A model generated the notes under the pieces. It saw only the letters and a list, made by a program, of their open reading frames with translations, ran no database searches and was not told where the DNA came from. The translations under genes and the position numbers were made by a program. 64,000 nt of DNA from Ancylonema sp. (Eukaryota): positions 1 through 64,000 of the forward strand of contig JBFLGF010000153.1 of NCBI GenBank assembly GCA_050230475.1. The letters are read 5' to 3'. Shown here one piece after another: positions 51,096-62,026 of this stretch; the first letter of the stretch is position 1; every line of letters begins with the position of its first letter.

Positions 51096-54000
51096 AACCG
51101 AGGAAGAGTCGATCTCAGAGGTAATGTGCACTCTTGAGCCCTCTCTGAGCCCTTTCGTCCGTGACGGAGTTGAGGACGTGTTGCTGAGAGGGTCGGAAGG
51201 CAGTGGCATTTGGCTAAGTCTGTTGGGGGCAACTAGGGTTGTGCCCCACCCGCAAAAACGAATTGGATTCGGGTGGGCATATGCCCCCCTTCCGGAAAAC
51301 TCGAATTGCGGTAGGAGCCAAACAGCGGTAAGGGAATCCAGTCGCGGCTGGAAATACCAGCCGCGACTGGGCAGGTACAAATCAAGGTTGCCGAGGAACA
51401 GCAAATTTGCGATGTAGACATAATCGTTACAAGCTCGTCATAGGAGCATACCACGTTATTGGCACCAAAATGCCCCCCTACCAAATCGTCTGCGTTATAG
51501 ACATCACGTTATATGCATAATAAAAAGGTCGATTCTGTACCTAGACCGCAATATGATGTCATAACAAATGCTGACTGGAAACTGGGGGAAAAATCGATGC
51601 ACGTCATAAATTTAGTTTTTTTCATGAAAGTGGTCGTACGGAATTTATCTTCATTCACGCACCAATCGGCCAATACCGTACCGGCAAGATTTCATCACCC
51701 ACTTTTTAATTTTCGATCATATTTCGCCACTCTACACCCCCACCCGTTTACGATTAATTTCAATCCCCCCACTCACCGGTAGATGAGAAGCCCTGACAAA
51801 CCGTAGAAATCTTGTTGAGTCCAACACTGATTGAAATAAAAACAGTGGGTTGTGGGTAAGAAAATAATTATTTCTATCGGGTTTTGGGGTTTTGAAGTGG
51901 TGTAAAGTGGTTACAAATGGGGGGATAGTTAAAATCAAGATGCGGTTTATGCTAGGGCTTCCAGCTGGCGATAAGGCGTTGGCGCTAGTATTAGACCATG
52001 ACGTGGTCAAGTATTCCGACATGTACGTACCGAACCCGCTACAACAATGAAATCTACGTTATATCGCTGTACAACACACACCACTCTACCACAACACCGA
52101 CAACAAAAATGCCATATGCCATTTCATCGTGGCGGCAATATTTCCTCCACCACTACTTTTTTCGAATTATTTTACACATCTCCCCAGCTTCTACCCCCAC
52201 CCGTTTTCAATTAAGTTTGACCCCCGAACCGCCAGTTTCAAATTAATTTCAGGTACCCACACCCCCACTCCCATCCCAAACCCGACACTATCTAAGCCGT
52301 GTCCCATCCCCATCGTGTCAAGTCCATACCGTACCGTACGGTATACGATCGAGTGCCTCGATGGGAGTTGTGCGGTAGAGCGGTGCATGTTGTTTTGCGA
52401 TATAGCATGCATATTATTGTATTGTTGTAGCGGGTTCAGTACGCACGTGTCGGAATACTTGGACATGTGCGGTATGAGGCTAGCACCAACGCCTTTCTCC
52501 CAGCGGGCAGCCTTGACATAAAACATCACTTCAATTTTTGCTAACCTCCCACTTTAAGCCCCTAGATACAAACAAAAATGATTATTTTGCGTACCCCCAC
52601 ACTCGCGATTTGGAATTTATTGGCGGTAAGATGAAATCTTGCCGATTTAGTAGGAATGCGATCATACACATTATAAACTGACACTGTAGGAATGGGACAC
52701 GGCTGGGATGGGGCGGGGTTGCGATGGGAGTGGGGGTGCGGGTACCCGAAAATAGATTGAACTTGGTGGGTTGAGGGATCGAAATTAATTGAAAACGGAT
52801 GGGGGTAAGGAGTGGGGGGATGCGTAAAATATTTCGAAAAACAAGTGGGGGTTTCTTAGGTGTCGGTCCATATATGATCGTGCGCCTATAGGGCAGCATG
52901 GCAATCAAGTGCTCCTAAGAGCCGACGCGCGCACTAGGGGAGTGCATGTAGTTTCGCGATATAGCGCAGGGCAATGTTGTATTCGCATTTGCCCCGTAGG
53001 GAAAATGAATCATCGCGGAGCAATAGAGTTCCATGCGAGGAAACTCGAGTAATATCACACAATTATAAACAACCTTCGTGATTCGTCAATATTAGGAGGC
53101 GGTGCATTGTGACGCACGCGCGCGCACTCGACACTATAATGACTCAATTCTTGGTTGATACGTAATCGTGCGAGCACTAAACGACAAGTTAGTATTGTTG
53201 TCGGTCCTTAGCCCTCTGTTGATGCTATGGACTAAATAAGCTAGTACCTTTGCAGTCTGACCTTTTTGTGTCAGAGTGTGCCTTGGATAGTTATAGTACT
53301 AATACTTGCCTTTGCATTAGCTTTGCATTAGCTTTGCATTAGCTTTGCATTAGCTTTGCATTAGCTTTGCATTAGCTTTGCATTAGCTTTGCATTAGCTT
53401 TGCATTAGCTTTGCATTAGCTTTGCATTAGCTTTGCATTAGCTTTGCATTAGCTTTGCATTAGCTTTGCATTAGCTTTGCATTAGCTTTGCATTTTTCGA
53501 TGTACTAGTAATCACATTTGTACACTAAAGACAATTCGATGAAGTAGCTAAACGTATCATTCCCTTCAGTTGCGGTAGTTACAACGATAACTCAAATTCA
53601 TTCATCACGCGTTGGGCACGTTACATCTAGGTCGTGATATTACCTTGTCGTGGGCAAACTTAGTGAAAGTTATTCGGCACGTGGTGTCGAGGAGCGACAC
53701 GTCATGGGTGCTAGTGTGTGTGTGTTGGCGGTGGCCATTGGGGTAGCTTGATAAACGATAGATGCATCGCATGTGTGAGAATGCGGATGTTATCGTTACA
53801 TTGTCACACGTGTGAGCGGACACGTATGTAGAGGAGTCGCTGTATAGGGTAGTTCGCACGTGTGGTGGAAACGTGGCTGTTGTGTTCGTTAGATCGATGA
53901 TATTACACGTGTGAGAGGGACACGATGGTAGATAGCATGAAACATGGTTTCTATGGTAAACCACTACGAAAGTTTGTAGCAGACAATATTCATTTAACCC

Positions 54001-55173
54001 CCGAAAATCGATACCCCCAATCTAGCGTATCCATCGTACCCCCCCTCAAGCGGTTTTGAATATGTTAGTGGGAAACTAAGTTTTGCCAATACCTTGAGTT
54101 GAAATTGCAAAAATATGAATGAAAAAACCGTTCAGCGCCACGATAGACGAGGTTTCCGTTCTCTCGGAGCAAAATTTTGGATAACCCCATATACTGATAC
54201 ATCTGACATCAAAGCCCCGACCAAACATGCCTGTAATGCATATACACGTCACAGACACATACATGTAGGCACACATATCTTGTGTACCGAAGGTGTGTGT
54301 GTGTGTGCCTACAACGAATACATACTGTACCTTAGCCACCCGATTCCCATCCGCCACCCCGCGGATGAACACTTTCATCATCAACCCCCGCCCACCCACG
54401 GACCCTACACCACCGGCCTTGCTCCATCCGCGGATGGGGGGGGGGGCACCCGCGAAAGCCACTCGATTTGGATTTGACGTCAGAAATTGAGTGGCCATGC
54501 CCAGTCAGGGGGTTGCCCGACCCTTGGTACGTTATGCCCTAGTGGTCGCAAACCTTGGCACCACATCCCTCTTTATCTGGTAGAGGTAAAGCCCATTCTC
54601 GTTGTAGCCAACGTATTCATAGACATATTATGGTCATATCGTATCCGAAGGTTTGATCCCACACCCATTTACCATACAATTTATCTCGTGATAGTACCCC
54701 TAATAAAAAACAATTTGAAAAACTTCGCTCGCATTTGCTGATAAAAAACCACTATTGATCGCCTCTTCATGGGAGCGAAGATTGAAGTTTTCCGTTTTGT
54801 AGGCACGTTGTTAAGTGGCGCAGCTCAAACACCTCTTTCTGCGGAACTTATAATTCACAAACATATACATATCAGTGGCACCAAGAACCTGAGAACCATC
54901 TATGGAAACGATCAAAGATGTCATAAAACGCACATGAGTGCCTAGAACGAGAAAAAATCACTGACCTAAGTAGTTCGCAAAATTTACTCGATGCCTTATC
55001 AAACCGAGTCAACCCCCCACTCATGAATACCGAAGGGCTGGACTAGGGTAATCAAGTGACGCAAAATAATTTGTCATTTTGGGGTTGGGAATTCGTGCTC
55101 AAATTTGGGGCGTCCTTGCTACCTATTACCGTATTAATGTGAGTGCAGTGCGGCAGGAGTCACACTTAGGCCT
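51096..55173. repeat. ~4.08 kb direct duplication, copy B
   Basis: Matches 45301-49367 with one extra minisatellite unit. Confidence 0.95.
53310..53494. repeat. 11-bp minisatellite (CTTTGCATTAG)x~17
   Basis: Perfect tandem array, one unit longer than at 47515. Confidence 0.97.
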
Positions 55174-56530
55174 TCCTTGGCCTGGATCTCCACGTCGATG
55201 GCCTGCCCACTGGCGCCCCCCATGGGCTGGTGCACCATGATTCGAGCGTTCGGCATCGCCAGGCGGCGACCGCGCGACCCTCCTGCTAACACAACAGCTG
55301 CAGTGGAAGCCGCCAGCCCAAACGCGATGGTGGAGACTGGTGCTCGGCACAGCTGCATGGCGTCGTAGATGGCCATGGTGGAGCTGCACAGGTAACGAGA
55401 ACAGCACCCCGCAGTGGTTAGGACCGGAAGCAATGGCTGAGCATGAAGCATGAAGCCGAACTGTGAAATCGGGAGGGGGTGAGCAACCTGATGGAGCCTC
55501 CGGGGCAGTTAACAAAAAGTCTGATTTCCTTGTTCTCGTCTTGGGCGTCCAACAGCAGCAACTGACTGACCACGGCATCTGCCACATAGTCGTCCATCTG
55601 GCTGCCAAGGAAAACGATTCGCTGGCGTAGCAGTAGACCCATGACGTCAGCGTCAGCAGGACGCTGGGCTTGAGCAGGAGCCTGGCCAGCAAAAGGGCCG
55701 CCATACTGATACTGTTTCCACCCCAAAAAAGCATTATGAATCAGCCCAGGGGAGTGCGATGAGACTCCGCGACAATTTGCAAAGTCCAGACAAACTCTCC
55801 GGAATATATGCTGGCGACACATATCAGCGATCACACTGAAATCTTGCGCCTGAAGGCGTCAAAAGCAGCGGCTCAGCACTTTCCGCGAGTCTCAAACCTC
55901 AAGCTGGAAATGTGCATGCAGGGTACACGCTTCTCATCGATGCACTCCAATCATTTTTACGAGGGGGGTATATTGAAATATTCACAATCTTCTTCCAACG
56001 TCTTCTACACGTTTCTGCCTCACCTCGCTGAAGATATCTCTTGACTTGGCCTCCGTTACCAACCGGCTCGAATCTCTTCGACATTGCAGTTGCTCCACAG
56101 GCCCTCTTGGACTGAATAGTGCTACAAAAGACGACATAGGTAAATAAGCATGGGCTGCGGCTGTGTTTGGATCTCATTAGCACCAATATTTAGTTGCTTC
56201 TCCTCTCCATACGATTACGTACGTACGATTTTATACATAGACAACGGAACAGTATTTTACAAATTCAAAGCAGCCATGATGTCGGGGAGATAATGAGAGT
56301 CGCAGCTTCCGTAAGAAACATGATGATTGCTCTCGGCTGAAGTAGAATTGCAGCAGATATAGATTGAAGGGATCCGTGTTATGTACAGCCGGAACTCGCA
56401 CACTGTGCTTCAGCTCACCTGCGTTTCCTAAGAATGTATTCCTGCCTGTCCTGTTCAAGGGGTTTGACCTATTTATCAAGGCAGTGCAACCTGCCTGAGC
56501 TCCCAACTGGGGTACACAGATGCCGGACAT
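55172..56530 (-). pseudogene. CLPP4: Diverged second chimeric CLPP4, 3'-truncated after IDVEIQAKE
   Basis: Exons 56530-56419 (MSGICVPQLGAQAG...FLGNA) and 56121-56024 (...VTEAKSRDIFSE), then ClpP exons up to QAKE, where homology breaks at the end of duplication copy B. Lacks the catalytic Asp region. Confidence 0.85.
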
Positions 56531-58390
56531 ATCTGTCACTCAGACTGTATTGCAACAAGGCAACTTCAGATTGCAACCGTGACCGCTAATCACCAAGGAA
56601 GGGTCGAGCTTAGCGGTAGCATACACTCCTGAGCCTTCTTTCAGACCCTTCGTCGTCTATGACGAAGCTGTGGACGTGTTGCTGAGTGGGTCGGAAAGCA
56701 GTGCAGAAGAGCAATGTGGTCTGTTGGGGGGCAACTAGGGTTGTGCCCCACCCGCAAAAAACGAATCGGGTTCGGGTGGGCATATGCCCCCCTTCCAGAA
56801 AACTCGAGGTGCGGTTGGACCCAAACAGCGGAGGGGAATCCAGTCGCGGCTGGATGGGTAAAAATCAGGTTGTCGAGGAACAGTAAATTCTTGATATAGG
56901 CCCAATCGTTACGAGCTCACTCGTTAGAGCGTTTATAGGAGTATGGTCCCCCAAGTTATTGGCACCAAAATGGTCCCCTGCCAAATTGTCTGCGTTTTAT
57001 GCATCACGTTATATGCATAATAAAAATATCGATTCTTACCCTAGACCGCAATATGATGTCATATGACACATGCTTTCTGGAAACCGGGGGAAAATTCGAT
57101 GCATATCATAAATTATCAGTATATATTCATGAAAGTGGCCATACGGAATTTGTATTTATTCACGCACCAATCGGCGAATACCGTACCGGCAAGATTTCAT
57201 GACCCACTTCAAAAAAATCGATTATATACGCATCCCCCCACCCTATACCCCCACCTGTTTTAAATTTATTTCGATACTCCCTTCACCATTGGCGAATAGC
57301 CGTGACATACCGTAGAGACTCTATTTAGTCCAACACTAATTGAAATAAAAGCAGTGGGCCGCGGGTAACAAAAGCATTATTTATACTAGGTTTTGGGGTT
57401 TGGACCCCCTCACCATCGTTTCAAATTATTTTCGGGTATCCACACCCCCTCTCCCATCCCAAACGCGACACTATCTAAGCCATGTCCCATCCCCATCGTG
57501 TTAAGTCCATACCGTACCGTAAGGTATACGATCGAGTGCCTTGATGGGACATGTGTGGTAGAACGGTGCATGTTGTTTTGCGATATAACATGTATAGCAA
57601 ATGTATCGCAGTAGCGGGTTGAGTACGCATGTGTCGGAATACTTGGACACGTACGGTTTCTTAGGTGTCGGTCTATATATGAACGTGCGCTTATAGAACA
57701 GTATGGCAGTCAAGTGTTCCTAAGAGCCAACGCGCGCACTAGGGGAGTGCTTGTGTTTCGCGATAAAACGCTGGGTAATGTTATATTCGCATTTGTCCCG
57801 TAGAGCAACTGAATAGTTACGGAGCAAATGAGTTCCATGCGAGGAAACTCGAGTAATATTACACAATTATAAACTACCTTTGTGATTCGTCAATATGAGG
57901 TGGCGGTGCATTGTGACGCACACACATGCGCTTCACACCATGATTAATCAATTACTGGTCGACACGCAATCGTGCGAGCACTAGACGAAAAGTTAATATT
58001 GGTGTCAGTCTTGAGCCCTCAGCTAATGCTTATACTTTTATTATCGTGTTAGCGTGTGCCTCCGATAGCACCGGTACTCATACTTGCCTTTGCATTAGCT
58101 ATGAATCTCTCGATGTACGGGTAATCACAACTAGACCCCGAACACAATTCGATGAAGTAGCTAGATTCGACCTTTAGTTGCGGTAGGTACGGCGGTAACC
58201 CATATTAATTTCTTACACGTAACGGTCTAGAGCGTGACATTATCTTGTTGCAGGCAAACTAAGTGAAATTTGTTCTGCACATGGTGTCAAGGAGCGAGGT
58301 AGCAAGGATGCTAGTATGTACGTGTGTGTGTTGGCCGTGGCCGTTGGGGTAGCTTGATACACGATGGATGCATCGCATGTGTGGGTTTAC
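56531..58390. repeat. Diverged homologue of the CLPP4 upstream region (45257-~47990)
   Basis: Colinear similarity with indels. Lacks ~46680-47055 and has a single CTTTGCATTAG unit at ~58088. Confidence 0.85.
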
Positions 58391-59019
58391 GGATGTTTTT
58401 TATTAATACTAGTTAATTGATATTAGTTTTTCGAGGAGGGTTCTGTTAAGACGTTCATTAACACCGTTTAGTTTAGGGTTGTAGAGGGCAATGACCTCGG
58501 AAAAAAGGGTGGGTATTTAAAAGGTTACGAAAGCCAAATTTGCAACGATGAGTCGTAACAAATACGATGATACACCGTTTTGTATACCATAGCTATCAAA
58601 TATCCGGAAATATTGTATGTATGTATGTGCCAAATGCATGGGAGACGTACCAAATTGCATTCTAGGCCTGGCATGTGACCATATGTAGGGTTCGAAAGTC
58701 GTAGAGCGACTTAAATTCCCTACCAAATCTGCTTGTCTGCCACCTCATGCACTTGCCTGATTCACAACCTGAGGCACACAAACAACATTTTATTAACACC
58801 ACCATCAGCTTCTTTATGTGCTGAGAGTGGAGATACGACATATTCCAGAGGGATGTACGAAAAGAAGGATGCGAAATGCGAAACATCGGATGGATGCGAA
58901 ACGTTTTTCTGAGTGCAACATTGTTGTGGTTCTCACAAAGTGTGAATAAATGCACAAATGCACAAATGCCGGACTTCTTTCAGCAAGTTCCCAGCAAGTT
59001 CCAGCGTCTCTCCTCCTTG

Positions 59020-61280
59020 TCAAGGCTCTCGACAGTCAAGCAGTTGGTCACACAAGACACCATGACCCACACCTAGTTGAACACTACTAGACTTCACCAA
59101 ATGTGTTGGGTGGGACTTGGCAATCACCTTCTTAGTGAGCAGAACGAGTTGGGAGACAGGCACCCACTGGGGGGCGATGACTAATTTCTCAGCAGCAGCA
59201 CCTCCTGAAGCTCCACCGGTTGCTAGCGCCCTGTCGAACACAACCGCACTCTGCGCGTGCCCACATTGGTGTACTATCCTTCGCGACTCGCAAGGACCAA
59301 AGTCCAAAACCTTTGTGAGGAGCTTGGTCACCCAGTTTCCGACCTCTGCCGACTTTCTGTTTCACTCTTCTCCAACAACAACATTGAAGAAGTCTGCGGC
59401 ATATCATCTGCATGCTTCTTCAATCGCCACGGGATGCAGTTAGGAGGTTTGGAGCAACTTGCCTGCTCGTCACCGGTGCGCTGCCCTTCCAGGACACGCT
59501 GGAGTCACAGCAACAAGCATTGCAAACAGGTCACGAGAACTGGGGTGCTGATGAGAGAATCACGTACAAACAATTGCCCAACGGATAACGGATAACGGAT
59601 TGGCGACAGCAGGGTATATATACATGCAAGCATGTATATATGTATATTGTATTTGGAGGCACGAGTACTCCATCCTCACATGGACAATGCTGTGCAGTGA
59701 GTCATCCTCAGATACCACTCCCCTAGAAGCCTCGTTGTCATAGAGTTGAAGACTGTGGAGGGTCACATATATCTGCATACGGTGCCAACAGAGCAGAAGT
59801 TTGCTTTCAAGGGTATAAAAAAAGATCAGGTGGTAGATGACAACCTGGATGTTGTATCTGTAAGTCGAGTAGAGATTGCGTTCAGAGGAGTGAGAAGAGA
59901 GGCTATGATCTCACGGTGCTAGAGTGAAAGGAAACAGCAGAGCACTGTCATGTGATGATTGGGCACTGAAGGAGGGAGGGCAGGTGAAGAGCTTGCCGTG
60001 TCTAGCCACTGGTTCCGGTACATTTCCTCCGCTCCTGTTAACCGGTATCCTGCGCTTGTCAGCCGGAACTCCACCCGATCACCATACTGGTGGGACCACA
60101 GCAAAGAGTTGTGTGAGCATCAACACAATTACATCGAAGCCAGCACTGAGTATGAAAGATCACGACGGTCATTTGTAGTTCACACAGACTCGACTTGTAC
60201 AGCCTACTTTATCCCATCTCAGCGTGGCATGTGTGGCGCTTTACTGCCAGTTGTAGACTCAACCGCTCCCTGCTAAACCCTGCGCGAAAAGCCACCACCG
60301 CTGCCAGTACGAAGCTCTGTAATGCAGCAGCTGCTGGTCTTCCTGCATTTTGAATGCACAGCTGCAAAGAGGAGAGGGAGCGACGCTGCTAAGAGATGTG
60401 TGCATCCACTTGACCTGATTACTTCTCACAATCTACTGTTTCCATAGCCACATCAGCTTGTGTGAGGTTGTCAATTGTGCAACCTTTGTGAGAAGCACGA
60501 TGCAGGGATCTGATTCACCAGTGCTCAGTTTTTGACACCTGTCCCAAGGGTAGTCTCTTCATCTGAGTATCAGATGACCTTGGTCAACGCTGCAGTATGA
60601 TATCACATTTCAATTGGTGTGTGCTAAGGCACATCGCCCATGCTGCATTTTTATGCTCTAGGAAGCATTGCTTCACGATTGCCATTTAGTTTATCATTTT
60701 ACGCCCATACAGCGCAAATTTCATTATGTCTGGCACCACGACTGAATCGACGCCTCACGAGGTTGTAAGCTTCTGAGATCAGAGTGAAGAGCCCATGTGC
60801 AGATGGCAGCAGTAGCACATCGTGTGACCAGCTGATATTATGGGGACGCTTTAGATTTTTCTTTCTTTCTCTGACCTCGAAAAACGCACTCTCTATCTCA
60901 TTGCACAGCTCCGTCAGTGACACACTGTTCGTCCGTCCATCTCCGCATTCACAAATGATTGGACAGGCGAATTTGTACACATCAAAGAGTTCATACCGAT
61001 TCGTTGAGAGCATTCCTATCCTCGTTCTGTGCTGTAGTACTTTACACCGATTTTCGCGGCTATCTAGGAATGATTTTCTCTTATGGCTGGCAAAGGTGTC
61101 CATGTACAGGATCGAAACCTTCTGAAACTGAACATTGCTTGAATCATATCGACAAATTGAAATCGTCGAGGCCATTCCCACATTTCTAGCAGTACATTTT
61201 GCGAAGGAAGCATTTCCTGCAGGACATGTTAAGCAGATATTCATTGGAAGGAAGTCACGACCTTCTTGGTAACACAAGGC
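59020..61280 (-). other. Possible unidentified multi-exon gene or pseudogene divergent from E2 copy 2
   Basis: Several exon-like minus-strand stretches with CAG acceptors (e.g. YGDRVEFRLTSAGYRLTGAEEMYRNQWLDT; YELFDVYKFACPIICECGDG...ESAFFE) and the 192-aa ORF 60699-61277. No family recognised. Confidence 0.25.
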
Positions 61281-61562
61281 TAGACAACTACTTCTTTTGC
61301 ATTCTTTCTTTCATCGAAATCGAAATGAAGACCACAGTGCAGCTTTCTTCGGGGTAGAGAAGAACTGAACAAATTGGACTGAACGATGCATTTGCTCCTT
61401 TCATTGCGAGAATTGATGTTATCAGACCCTTAATCAAGTAGTGATCGTTGGAGAGGTCTGACGAGATTGTTCATGCAGCTGTCTCAAGAGTTTTTGAGAG
61501 TCTCTAACGAGTCTGGTGCATGTTTGCTTTCAGATGATTACTTGTAGAGCTACAGCAGCAAC

Positions 61563-61634
61563 GTGATCAGCAATGTGATCAGCAATGTGATCAGCAATGT
61601 GATCAGCAATGTGATCAGCAATGTGATCAGCAAT
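61563..61634. repeat. 12-bp tandem repeat (GTGATCAGCAAT)x6
   Basis: Perfect tandem array. Confidence 0.95.
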
Positions 61635-62026
61635 TCGATGGGCCGTGAATGATGGGTGCTTTCTGGACCATCTCTTTGTTCTGCAGCGACGATTTACGGA
61701 TTTGACAGCGCCGGTCTGGCCAATACAAACCTCGTTCTGCACATTGATTGGACTTTGGACCGGTCGCACGTGCATTTGACTGAGCAGATTGAGGTTAGCC
61801 GGTCAAGTGTCAAGCCTTCTTCGATACGAGGTGCAGTTTTGAGGAACCGCACTACAGTCGTCCCTCTCCGCAATACAGCAACCGAATCCGTCACGGGAAA
61901 AGTGGGCTTCAAATTAGAGTTCAGGCAGTACACTCTACCGCTGAGCTCGACCAATCCTCGGTGACCAGCGGTCACGGTTCCATCCTGAAGCTGACTTCTT
62001 GCAATACAGTCTACTGAGTAACAGAT

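Noticed and set aside
61530..61775. Protein with (IADH)n repeat
   Set aside because: Translation of the 12-bp DNA tandem repeat. Perfect nucleotide identity gives no evidence of coding constraint.
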